Below are positions 12,291-23,254 of a stretch of 40,554 nt of DNA, in pieces; position 1 is the stretch's first letter, and each line of letters starts with the position of its first letter. The notes beneath the pieces are model-generated. The model was not told the DNA's origin. It saw only the letters and a list, made by a program, of their open reading frames with translations, and did not search any database. Made by a program: the position numbers and the translations under genes. Source of the DNA: Octopus bimaculoides. Lineage: Eukaryota. Where the stretch lies: contig NC_069004.1 of the NCBI RefSeq assembly GCF_001194135.2, positions 27,811,779 through 27,852,332 of the forward strand, given 5' to 3'.

Positions 12291-13399
12291 GACAAATATA
12301 AAATTTCCTATTGTAAAGAAGAAAATATAATTGCTATAATTGAACCTTTATAATTTACTGGTACTTCTTGTATTGACTTAGAAAGACAACAGACACCCTC
12401 GTCATAATTAGATTCAGAAAAGAAATATAATACCATAAACTATGAATTGTGGCTTTCTATCACGTAACATGAAGTCTATTTCAATAATAATGTATGTCTG
12501 TGACAGAGGTTTTGTTAGTTTACTTGTGTTATGTATTAAATAATGCAAAACTTATGTCACATTTTCTCTGCATCCTTTCCTATTAAAAATTTATACAATT
12601 ATATTAAATATCGGACTGAAGAGGGTCTGGGTAAACAAATGTCTAGAAGGGGTCAAGACATTTCAAGATGATTATACAGCCAAAGAAACTAATTGATATT
12701 GTAATGACAATTCTATATAAACAGAAATACAAGTTAATTTATAAATAATGCAAGTAAAGAAGAGCGGACCTATAACAATTGAAAGTGTTTTGGTGTTGGA
12801 ATTCTGAGAGATTTAGAAATAATTTTGTCTGTTGCTAATAGCAATATATAAGCATTAGGCTATTGTTTTTTTCTATATCTTTACTAACAAGTGTTTTAGA
12901 AATTTGCAGTAATTTAAAAACTTTTTTTTTTTTTTTTAATTATCGTCTGATAGAATAAAGCCCGTTTTTCACTTTCTTCTTTTACTTTCATTTTACTTGT
13001 TATCAAAAGGAAACCTGATATTAAAGAGATGTAAATATATTCCTGCATCTTATAGTGTCTTATTGCCAGCAGCGTTATTCTGAAATGTCTTGATATATTA
13101 CTGATTTCTATTGCTGTCATGCTAGCTAGACAGTAACAGAAGTAAGTATTTGTCAAAACCGAATTTACTCGAAATTGATGTCATTAACCTAAAGAACAAT
13201 CAGTCTATCATTATGGCGTAGTTTCATATTCAACAGATCTCTGATTCTCAAAATTCTATGTAGCTCAGTGCTTCTGTTCGCTGAATGATATCTTACAAGT
13301 GCTCCCATCCCCAAGTTTTACTCATCTTTTATCTCTATCTTTCACTCATGTCAGTCATGAGACTAATGTCATGCTGCGATGCTAACTTGAAGGGTTTTG

Positions 13400-13567
13400 G
13401 GCCACACTGTAAAGTGGTTGGTGTTTGGAAGGGCATCCAGCTGTAAAAACCTAGACAAAACAGACAGTGAAGTCAGGTACTGTTTACTGTCTAGCCAGCC
13501 CCTGTCGAACCATCCAACCCATGCCAGCATGGAAAACAAATGCTAAATGATGATGATGATGATGATA
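13400..13567 (+). mobile_element. RTE 3' UTR fragment (family D)
   Basis: gtggttggtgtttggaagggcatccagctgtaaaaa...ccaacccatgccagcatggaaaa...(GAT)n. Confidence 0.75.
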
Positions 13568-13574
13568 TCTACCC

Positions 13575-13845
13575 CAGTGCTTATTTTTTTAAGTCTGGCA
13601 CTTCTGTTGGTCTCCTTTGCTGAACTGCTACTTTATGGGGATGTAAACAAATGAACAAGGGATGGTAGGACAAACACAGAAAAACACACACGCACTTCCA
13701 GATATTTTTACACACAATGTGCTTCCACACAGTTTCTATCCACCAAATCCATCCACAAGTCATTGGGAAGCCTTGGGTTATTGTGAAAGGAAGACAGTTG
13801 CCCAAAACAACAGTTGCAAACTGAACTTCTAACCACATAGCCAAA
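13575..13845 (-). mobile_element. Degraded SINE A-B
   Basis: Colinear with 2722-3111. Confidence 0.65.
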
Positions 13846-14089
13846 AAAATAAAAAAAAGATTGTAAAACAGAAAAGCTGATTTTGCACATTCTATTTGTC
13901 ATTCATGTTTCTGCTGTCTAATAACACACAAACACACAGAGTTATTTTCTTCTTGGAAATGTGTTTAAATTATGAATACTGGTGCATGATTGATTGTTTT
14001 ATGCATGGAATAAGTAATACTCTTCTTCATTGAAATATAGGTATATATTTCAAGATGGAATTAAGTAAAAGAAGGTGTAGTAACGCTTT

Positions 14090-14240
14090 AATAGCAGACG
14101 ACATATCCGGAAAGCTTATCCATGCATGCGCAGGGACTAGTTCCGGAAGGAACACAGGAAGAGTCTCATGCGCATGCCTAGTCATCAATATTCAAGCTTG
14201 GCGCCCTTATTCATTCTCTTTCTCGGCCGGCCGGCCATGA
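14090..14240. promoter_or_regulatory. CpG-rich promoter-like island with NRF1-like and ETS-like motifs
   Basis: TGCGCATGC occurs twice (one on each strand) and CCGGAA twice (including palindromic TTCCGGAA), plus CAGGAAG and GGCCGGCCGGCC. CpG density is far above the surrounding sequence. Direction is not determined. Confidence 0.55.
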
Positions 14241-14386
14241 GCATGGACGTGTCAAGCAGTCTCTCCAACATTCCAACTCTGGAGACAGCTCTCTCCAACA
14301 TTCCAACTCTGGAGACAGCTCTCTCCAACATTCCAACTCTGGAGACAGCTCTCTCCAACATTCCAACTCTGGAGCTAGACAAATAA
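14237..14386 (+). CDS. Candidate 49-aa small ORF/uORF with (LSNIPTLETA) repeats
   Basis: ATG in a gccATGA context directly after the promoter-like island. The frame stays open partly because the unit is 30 nt, so support is weak. Confidence 0.2.
   Translation: MSMDVSSSLSNIPTLETALSNIPTLETALSNIPTLETALSNIPTLELDK
14261..14374. repeat. Perfect 30-bp tandem repeat, 3.8 copies (ctctccaacattccaactctggagacagct)
   Basis: Identical units start at 14261, 14291 and 14321, with a partial unit at 14351. Confidence 0.97.
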
Positions 14387-14902
14387 CCAACCAAAATCAT
14401 TGACGGCGTCTCAGCAACCAAAGGGCGAAGTGCTGCCTATTTCCTCTGTACATAAACATTGTTGTGTTGATAGTTCAGAATCTGCGTTCCGTTGTTTCTT
14501 CAGAATTTAATGTACGGAAAGCGGTGTACACCTAATGGTGTATAACCACTTTCCTATAAAGGTAAAACAATATTGAAATAAAAGAAACATTTTCATAGAT
14601 CAAAACACATATTAATTTTTAACTATTTTTATTTCAATATACAACATCATATACAATAAACTAAGCACAGGAATTTTTGACAATCAGTCTCCTGGGTATG
14701 CAATAATTTTAGTGAATTTTACATTTTATAATTCAGATGCCAGTAAGAGCCTCTTGGTTATAGTATATTGACTTGGACTAACGGAAATGTTTGATGGCCA
14801 CCCTCCAACTCTACTGGGAGCAACATACAGCTGATTGCATGTTAACACATTAGTTGTATTGTAAACATTGTAACTTGTTAAAATTAAATGGGAGGGGGGG
14901 GG

Positions 14903-15065
14903 AATGGTGTGATTGTGTGGTAAGAAGCTTCTTTCCCAACCACATGGTTCCAGGTTCAGTCCCATTGCATGACACCTTGGGCAAGTGTCTTCTACTAGAG
15001 CCTCAGGCTGACCAAAACCTTGGAAGTGGATTTGGTAGACAGAAACACAAAGAAGTTTTCGTGTG

Positions 15066-15070
<5 letters not shown>
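14903..15070 (+). mobile_element. SINE A head/CORE-like part ending in (TA)n
   Basis: ggtgtgattgtgtggtaagaagc...ggttcagtccc...gacaccttgggcaagtgtctt...ggatttggtagacagaaac. Confidence 0.8.
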
Positions 15071-15138
<68 letters not shown>

Positions 15139-15208
15139 GGTTTTTAAACTTTTAAATTTTCATATTCAAAAGAGACAGAGACTTCAAATTCGATATATCG
15201 ATTTATTC

Positions 15209-15294
15209 ACCACTCTATGTTAACATTTCTGTGCCAAACTTATCCAGTGACTAGTCCATTGGGTTTAGACATTTGGCACTTCTTCAGGAGTGGT
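15209..15294 (-). ncRNA. Type I hammerhead ribozyme motif (Penelope-like-element type)
   Basis: Minus strand: accactc-CUGAAGA-A-gugccaaa[33-nt loop]uuuggcac-A-GAA-auguuaacau-A-gaguggu. It has a 7-bp stem I, an 8-bp stem II, a palindromic stem III and an AUA cleavage triplet. There is an A.A mismatch at the base of stem II. Confidence 0.7.
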
Positions 15295-15319
15295 TACCTT
15301 TCGAACAAAACACGAAATC

Positions 15320-15410
15320 AAATCCAAATCACTGGCGTGGCCAATGCCAGTACCACCTGATTGGCACGAGTGCCAGTGGAACGTTAAAAGCACCATTCGA
15401 GTGTGATCAG
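15320..15410 (+). mobile_element. RTE 3' UTR internal fragment (family D)
   Basis: gccagtaccacctgattggcacgagtgccagtggaacgttaaaagcacc resembles the start of the copy at 28880. Confidence 0.5.
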
Positions 15411-16179
15411 ATTAATAATGTGATGGTTGGATAATGTTCATAGTCCCTGTTGGTCAAGCTTGGGAATCCATTCAGAAAACGTAATGACATTTGCTTTTGA
15501 TAGGACCCTATGAAGGAAGTGCTTAAGGACTCCTGCTCCACAGCCCTCCCAGAAATAGTAGGCAGGGAAGATGAACAGTGTTTAACCAATTTATAGACTC
15601 CTCATTTCTAGATACTTCTCATGATACCTATTATTATTCCTGTGCCTAGATTACATCTGATGCCCTGTTTTTAGCCTACCCGCAATTCTAATGCATGTTT
15701 TACTTACTTGGAGTATGCAACATTGAGTTTCTCCTTATTTACTTCCTAAATATCAAAGAAGGTCTTTTCTAAGGAAACAGCAGGATTTAGGGCTCTGCAG
15801 AACTAACTCTTGAGTTTTGAACACCAAAACCTCCCTTACTGTTCAGACATCTTTTTTTTTTCTTTAACTGAAGCGTGTTAGATCAATCAACACCAGTAAA
15901 AAAATTTTTCTTCTTATGATTTTTTTGTTTTGTTTAACTCCTACACCTTGATGCTCTGGGCTTAAAAAATAAAAAGCAAAAAATGAAATTCTCTTCCTCC
16001 TTGTGGTCACTGTTGTCATTTATTTTATCTTTCTTGTAGCATTAACAATCTACAGTTTTTCTGTGTTGCGGTTTGTTTGCCAGGCAAGTTTAAACCTCTT
16101 ACACACACACACACTCACACACACATACACATGTTCTAATCATCTTGAAAATTCTGTGAAGCATGCTTTTTCGCCAATA

Positions 16180-16324
16180 CTTTAGTCTTTGCTGTGTTTA
16201 TTTTTTGTAATGTGGGGAAAGGGGGAGAAAAAATTCAGCCATCAGGCACTGGGTATATTACAACAATGGTACGTTCACCTCATTCTTCTGGGTCACTTTT
16301 TCAGCAAACCTCGATGTACAAAAT
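16180..16324 (-). other. Candidate terminal (3' UTR) exon with poly(A) signal
   Basis: Acceptor tttggtttttag| at 16325-16326 and AATAAA at 16202-16197 on the minus strand. The 3' end is approximate. Confidence 0.25.
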
Positions 16325-16849
16325 CTAAAAACCAAACCAAAAAAAAAAATTGTTTTTAATATCTGGTGAATGACATTTGTTGCCAAAAGACAAAACAAAA
16401 AAAACTAAACAAGAAAACAAGCAATGCATCTCTGGTTTTTGATTAAGAGTCAGCTGCTAATGACTAAAAAGTAATTATACTTTCAGAGAAAACAAAATGT
16501 AATATTTAACTCTCCGTTCATGAAATCAGTGTGTCTTTGTCATAGGTTGTGCTTCCTCTGTGTGTGTGTGCATAAGATTAAGGCAGGGCAAAGAGGATGT
16601 TTGCCTTATATCTCTTCAATATCTCTGAATATTTACAAAAATGCTGTTAATTTATTTATTTTTATTTTTCAAGGAAATATTCTCATTCACGTGTTTCTTT
16701 TCGTTGTGTTTTGTTTTAACAAAACGCAGCACATCTTGTCATGTCTTATGACAACTGTTGACACACATTCTTTTTCAAGAAAATAAATGAAAGTGTGTTT
16801 AAAGCAAGGGAAAAATTTAAAAATTAAAAATAAGAACATGCAGACTTAC

Positions 16850-17000
16850 CAACAGTTGTTGTTGGAGGCGTTGTTGTTGGTGGTGGTGGTGGCATTAGTG
16901 GTAGTGGTCTAGTTGGTGTTTTTGGCAGTGTTGTTGTTGGAGTTGTTGATGGTGGAGGTGCTGGTGGTGGTGATGGAATGTTGTTCCATTTGGGTTAGTC
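16850..17000 (-). CDS. Candidate exon encoding a His/Gln-rich C-terminus (TNPNGTTFHHHHQHLHHQQLQQQHCQKHQLDHYH*)
   Basis: Acceptor cctgttctctgcttaactag| and donor G|GTAAGT. Stop at 16897-16895, 45 nt before the donor. The phase matches exon 18293-18346. Much of the sequence is trinucleotide-repeat-like. Confidence 0.35.
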
Positions 17001-17234
17001 CTAGTTAAGCAGAGAACAGGTTTTTGAGGCAACTGTGTGAAATGACCCTGTTTTTATGCGGCTGTTGTATCTTAGTATGACTCCAAAATGCATGTTTGTT
17101 ATTTAAGAGAAAGAGAGAGAGAATTTCTTGGGACAGCATCACAACTACCTTGATCAAGTGCACTGTCATTGGCTGGGAGTAGTAACATGTTGATCACACT
17201 ACCATTTCCATCTCCTGATAAACTTACTTGATAA

Positions 17235-17402
17235 GCACAAACGTGGCTGGTGTGGTTAAATAGCTCACTTTGCAACCAGGCGATTTTGGGTTCAGTCCCA
17301 CTGTACATCACCTTGGGCAAGCGTCTTCAGGTGGACAAATGCTTTGGTTGAAGGAAACTGTAGAAGTCTGTTGTGTGTGTATATGTACGTGTGTGTGTGT
17401 GT
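17235..17402 (+). mobile_element. SINE A head
   Basis: gtggctggtgtggttaaatagc...gggttcagtcccactg...caccttgggcaagcgtctt. Confidence 0.7.
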
Positions 17403-17575
17403 ATCATCCTCATCATTTAACATCTATTTTCCATGCTAGCATGGGTTGGAGGGTTTGACAGGAGCTGGCTAACTGGAAAGCTGCACCAGTTGTCTGTTTT
17501 GGCATGGTTTCTATGGCTGGTTACCCTTCCTAATGCTAACCACTTTAATGGGTATACTGGGTGCTTTTTACACAC
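17403..17575 (-). mobile_element. RTE 3' UTR fragment (family D), antisense
   Basis: Reverse complement of the D motifs (ttccatgctagcatgggttgg...cccttcctaatgctaaccac...gggtgcttttta). Confidence 0.7.
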
Positions 17576-18292
17576 GTGTGTGTTTGACAACTAGTTTTGT
17601 GTACATCCCTGTAACTTGTTGGTTCAGCAAAGGTGTCAATAGATTAAGCACCAAACTTAAACAATAAATATGGGTAGGGGCAGAACTTATTTGTTCAACT
17701 AAACCCTTTAAGGCAGTGCTCCAGCATGACTGCAGTCCTATGACTAAAACAAGTAAAATATAACTGAAAACTCTCAACCCCATATTTATAGTAACCCTGT
17801 CAAATCTATCTTTCTAGTAAGGGTGGCATGGTGAGTTGGGGCTGGAGTTTCTTCAAGAAATGACCCACACCATGAAAATATCATTACTTTTATTATTGTT
17901 TTACTTTATGTTATTTAATAACTGCTACTTCGACATACGTACATGTGCATCTTAGATTTTTATTCCTAAGTTTAGTTGTCTTGCTATGACACTACTTGAC
18001 TTGATCTTGTTTTCCATATTTTCTTAGAACACTGATTAAAGTTATGCAAATTTTAATTATTTTAAGCAAAAGTTAACAATGTTCTAACGTTGATGTATAA
18101 TTTGTATGAAATTTTAATTTCACCAAAAGTTGCAATTTGGTCCAAAACGGAAAAAAAAAAAAAGAAATAGGTAAATAAATAAAATAATAATAAAAAAAAA
18201 GCAATTTTTCATTTTATGACAAGTGCATATCTGCATGAAGGAAATTAATTAAAAATTTGAAATTATTTAACAAACTCTATGCAAATATTCAC

Positions 18293-18346
18293 CTCTGGGC
18301 TTTATTTCTTGCACTGTTTCGATTTATATACAGAGGATGATTCTGA
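18293..18346 (-). CDS. Candidate 54-nt internal exon (QNHPLYINRNSARNKAQR), phase 2-2
   Basis: Acceptor ttccatttaatttag| and donor GAG|GTGAAT. Only one frame is open, and it joins in frame to 16850-17000. Confidence 0.35.
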
Positions 18347-18859
18347 CTAAATTAAATGGAATAACATACATACAGTATATATATATATAAATACACACAC
18401 AGACACACATGAAATAAAGATAACCTATTCTCTTGCTGGTGAGTATCTCCTCAAACAGCTCTGTCTAATGGGAAGTGTGTGATCACACACACACACCCAC
18501 ACATATAATGAACCATCAGGTTCATCCAATTCTGCTGGAGTGGCATGGGCCATCAGCTCTCTGTTATAGTGTGAATATAACTTATAACTTTATTAAAATA
18601 AATTACTTCTTGCATTAACTGTAGCATGTATGTGAGTGTATCTGCATGCGCATACTTCTACTTCATTAAAAAAAAATAGTCTTCACTTGCAAGTGTGTAC
18701 CATGCTGACATCTGCAAGCCCTTTGCTCTCTATGGAGCATAGGCCATCAACTTTTCCTCTCCCCAGTAGGATTCCTGCTTTTTCAGTTCTTCCTCAGTAT
18801 CACACATCATATATTTCCCTGATAGAAGGCCTTCCTCATCCATGACTGACCATGGGATT

Positions 18860-19161
18860 GCACCTAGAAAGTTATCCTCTGATTTGCAAGTCCAGGCAAG
18901 GTTGTTTATGGAAGACCAGCAGTCGCCCATGCATACCAGCCTCCCCGCTCCATGCCACCGATGTTATCCAAGGCAAAGGCAAAGGGGCCGATACAGCTTG
19001 GCACCAGTGACGTCGCAGCTCATTTCTACAGCTGAGTGAACTGGAGCAACGTGAAATAAAGCATCCTGCTTGAGAACACAACACGCAGCCCAGTCTGGGA
19101 TTTGAACTCACAACCTCATGATCACAAGCTCGATGCTCTAACCACTGAGCTATGTGCCTTC
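18860..19161 (-). mobile_element. tRNA-headed SINE family F
   Basis: Minus-strand head GGCACATAGCTCAGTGGTTAGAGC...GAGTTCAAATCCC followed by ccagttcactcagctgtagaaatgag; same family as 33130-33366. Confidence 0.75.
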
Positions 19162-19742
19162 AGTCATATATATATGTATGTATGTATGTATGTGTATATA
19201 TGCATATATATATATATAGCTGTTTGTTTATGCATGTGTGTGAGCAAATGAATGCATGAGGATTATGAGATATAGTTGATCTTCTCTTGATTGCATTAAT
19301 AACTATGTTGTTTATGAAAACAGCTACTACGAAGCCCCTGTATGTTGGCCTGGTCCCCAAATTGGCAGCTTGTTATTAAGCCAAAGTGAATTGAAGAAGA
19401 GAGTAATATAATAAAAAGTAACAAGCAGCTCGCGTGACTGTAAATTATAGTTAATCCAGTGTATTTTGCTCGTTATATATAAGACTATCGCAGCAATTAA
19501 AGAAACATAGCATCTTGGCAAACCAGTTTCATCTTCCTGTCGTATGTCCAAACATATTCATGATAAACTTGAGAAGGCACGCCAATATAAGCAATGTATG
19601 TGTGCGTATGTGTGTATATGTATGAATATGTATACATATTATGTAGCTGTATGTGTTTTCATGTATATATATATATATTTGTATGTATGGATTTATATGT
19701 GTGTTTATATATATACATGTGTATGGTATATGTTTGTGTATA

Positions 19743-19784
<42 letters not shown>

Positions 19785-19790
<6 letters not shown>

Positions 19791-20490
19791 CTTGGTATGA
19801 CTTCAAATGGCTTCAAACAGCATCTAGTAGTGGGCTTCTGGTTTAGGAGTTCCAGTGTTTTTGAGGAGTGTGGAACCAATTAGCCACTGTTGTTCCCAGG
19901 TCTACTCAGCCCTGTAGCACTTATCAGAGACTCAGCTATAGGTTAGCTATCATATGTGTGATGACAATCCAACTGAGCGTAGGTCATAGAGATACCCTTG
20001 GTTGATGTCAGGGCATGCTGTAAATACTCCAGGAGTGAGGGATTCCACCAGCTGTTGTCACATCATCTTTCTGGGAGATGGTCACTCTGGTATAAAATCC
20101 TGCAGTTTCACATGATTACTGGTTATTTTGCTTTCGCCTGTTTCTAGGTGCTTCACAGAAACTCAGGGAGTGGTACTTGTATTGTACTAGCATTTATCAC
20201 TATAATCCAATGAGGCATAGGTGTCTCTTTATGGTGACCTTATTCATTATTCCATCTACTGGAAGTCCTATGGTAATGGAAGAGTGGTGATGTGTACAGA
20301 CCTGATCAGATGGAAACACTCAGTATGTTACAACTTTTGCCTGTCTCTTGTGCCCCCAAATCATGCAGATCTGCAACAGGACTGAATAGTCATCTTGAGA
20401 GGTCATGGATGGGGAGTCAAAAATGCCCATTGACAATGAAAAAGCACAAGGAGATGGCAATAATCTGTAAAGATGGAGCACCATGTATGT
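19785..20490 (+). mobile_element. Degraded RTE-like LINE remnant with a frameshifted C2H2-like C-terminus
   Basis: 20330-20405 encodes TTFACLLCP/KSCRSATGLNSHLER (1-nt frameshift) and ends near IICKDGAP, like RTE C-termini. The left part resembles an RTE-associated 5' sequence from memory only. Confidence 0.45.
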
Positions 20491-21006
20491 GTGTGTTCGG
20501 GAATAAGTAATATAAAAGAGAGAAGTGCCAAGACTGAGTGCCTAACGTGTGCATGTCTTGGATTTTGTACTGGGATCTAATAGATCATGTTTGCTGCTCT
20601 AATGTCTATCTGGTAAGAGAGAGAGAGAGAGACAACATGCTTGCCAAGGACAATCTTAGCTGGATGCAAATAGTTAATACCTCTTTGATTCTGCAGTTGA
20701 TAACTACTCTACTAGGAAAGCACCACAAATGCTGAAGTTTGAACTCATTTCAAATGAGAAATAAATAAATAGAAAATGATGGTGTGTGTCTGTGTATTTG
20801 CATGTGCATGTGCATGTATTTGTACAGGTGCACATTTGTGTGTGTATGTATTTATACTTGTATGTGTATTTGTTTGTGTTTATGAATGTATGCCTATTAA
20901 TTGTCTGTGTGTATGTATGCAAACATATATTTAAATTTGTGTTTGTATATGTACATGTGTATTAAATTAAATAAAGTGATAATTAGAAATCAGTGTATGT
21001 CTCTCT

Positions 21007-21059
<53 letters not shown>

Positions 21060-21149
21060 CCTTTCAAGCTGGGGATTCACTTAGTTATTATTCTGAATTC
21101 CTCATGTTTGTGTATTTGTTCACTGAACTCCATGTATTTAGTACTAACC

Positions 21150-21390
21150 CTCATTTTAATGTCCAGTTTCCCACGTTACCACTTGGTTCAATGATGATGT
21201 TGCTACCATTTAACACACTACCCACATCTTGCAGTCTTCTTCCATCTTATTCCATGTCACTCGCACCTTCCCATCTGACCTCACCACAGCTTCCTAGATC
21301 TTCCCCCCCCCACACCTTCTTCTGTACTTTTCATTGTCAACATAGTTGTCTCTTTCATTGTCAAGCATGTTGTCTCTCTCATACCAGGTA
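21150..21390 (-). mobile_element. Degraded RTE ORF C-terminal remnant
   Basis: The minus strand reads GRSRKLW, resembling the RTE GRPRKTW motif, but contains stop codons. Confidence 0.3.
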
Positions 21391-21574
21391 GACATTAGAG
21401 CAGCAAGTTTTTCACACTTACCTTTTCCACTCATTACCCTGCTGACTTGGTCATCAGTAAATATATCAGAGTGTAAAATTCAAATCATTTGAGTGCTACT
21501 AAGTGTTTTCTATGTTGAGATTCTCTTGATCTCATCATATGTATATATATATATATATATAGATATAGATAATT

Positions 21575-21853
21575 TTAATTATATATAAAGGGCATTAACA
21601 GTGTATTAATGCCTCACGCTTCGAGGGACTAAATAAGTCAAAAACTACCAAAAATAAGCAACAGTTTTTTCTGTATTTGATTGAGAAACCAGTGGTCTAC
21701 CATTGAGTTAAATGTTTTTAAGAGATAAATTTTGAAAGGTGCATTCCCTCGCTTTCGGTAAATATGTTGCTTATTTTTGGTAGTTTTTGACTTATTTAGT
21801 CTCTCGAAGCGTGAGGCATTAATACACTGTTAATGCCCTTTATATATAATTAA
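21575..21853. mobile_element. MITE/foldback element with 89-bp terminal inverted repeats
   Basis: 21575-21663 and 21765-21853 are reverse complements with 1 mismatch around a 101-bp spacer; TTAA lies at both outer ends. Confidence 0.9.
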
Positions 21854-21962
21854 TTATATTTATGAAGGAACGATGAATTTTTTCATTTCAAAATTTTTCG
21901 TTACTTTTTCATTATGAGGTTTTTTTCATGCTGACTTATAAAGAATTTATCCTATATTATAT

Positions 21963-21996
<34 letters not shown>

Positions 21997-22004
21997 GATG
22001 AGGT

Positions 22005-22555
22005 ATACACATGTCTATGTGGTCAAGCTCACTTGGCAACCATGTGGTTTCAGGCTGAGTCCAACTGCACAGCACCTTCGGCAAGTGTCTTCTAGTACAA
22101 CCTTGGGCTGACCAATGCTTTGTGAGTGAATTTGGTTGACGGAAACTGTGCAGAAACTCATTGTATGTGTGTGAGTGTGTCATTGATTGCCTTTGCTCCC
22201 CTGCACCCCAACAGTATTAGTTTATTTATGTCCCTGTGATTTAGCAGTTCAGCGAAAGCGGCAAATAAAATAAGTATCAAACTTAAAAATAAGTCCTGAG
22301 ATTAATTTGTTTGACTACAACCCTACAAGGTTGTGACCCACCATGGCCCCAATTAAATGACTGAAACAAGGAAAAGAGAGAGAGAGAGTGTGTGTGTGTG
22401 TGTGTATTCACAAGCATGACTGTATGGGTAGAACTTCACATTGCAACTATGTGGTTTGGAGTTCAGTTGCATTGTGTGGTAACCTTAGGCAAGCATCTTC
22501 TTCTGTAGCCTTGGTCTGGCCAAGATCTTTTGAGTGACTTTGGTAGACAGAGACT
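22005..22555 (+). mobile_element. SINE A-B (22005-22380) followed by a second SINE A head (22415-22555)
   Basis: Head, CORE-like and tail motifs are colinear with the reverse complement of 2722-3111. Confidence 0.7.
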
Positions 22556-23254
22556 CTACTTTATCATTTTCGAAACATTTAAGTTTAATAAATATAAGAT
22601 TCTGTATGAAATATATATCTTGCTGACATGAAATCTACCCAGCTTTGCAGTTATATAATTTTAAATCTGACTTTGATGATTTTTATTTGTTGTAAAATTA
22701 TTCCTGAAACCCTTTGTGACTTACTGTCAGCTGCAGAGACAATATGTCATTACAAGATTCAGAAAATGAGATTGTGGAAGCATTGAAACTTCAGATTAAT
22801 GGGTTTAGGAATAATATTGTTGCAAACTAGGCACAAAGGACAAATACAGAAATTTGAAAGAATAAAAATTTAATGGTAAAAGATCAAACTTGAACCCAGT
22901 TGTGTCTATGATACATGTTTGAACAAAAAACCATTCCTATTTACACAAATATGGGTGTCTTGTTGTGTCGCCTGAAATATTGCTCATAACAAGAAATTTT
23001 AATAATAACAAGTTGATCATTCATTTCATGTCACTCTGCGATCATCTGACATGTGGCACATGATGTACCTGTAGAGGTAATGTCGATTTTGTGGAGGGAG
23101 TGATGTTATGTGAACACAAACATTTGATTACTATAAACAAATCATCTGTATGGTTGTTCAAGAAATTGGCCAAACCCTCATATATCATGTAATGACAGGA
23201 GAGTCCATGATACACACACACACACATACATGTGTGTGTGTGTATGTGTGTATT

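Noticed and set aside
13010-13141. Plus-strand coding exon bounded by a pyrimidine tract and a GTAAGT donor
   Set aside because: All three frames contain stop codons; a non-coding exon cannot be excluded.
13170-13250. C/D box snoRNA
   Set aside because: The C box is imperfect (TGATGT), the terminal stem is only 3 bp and no rRNA-complementary guide was recognised.
14261-14374. 30-bp repeat with internal palindrome as a CRISPR array
   Set aside because: The units are contiguous with no spacers, no cas genes are present and the context is eukaryotic.
19085-19160. tRNA gene
   Set aside because: A and B boxes are present, but the acceptor and anticodon stems do not pair and it continues into a SINE body; the same applies to the family A and C heads.
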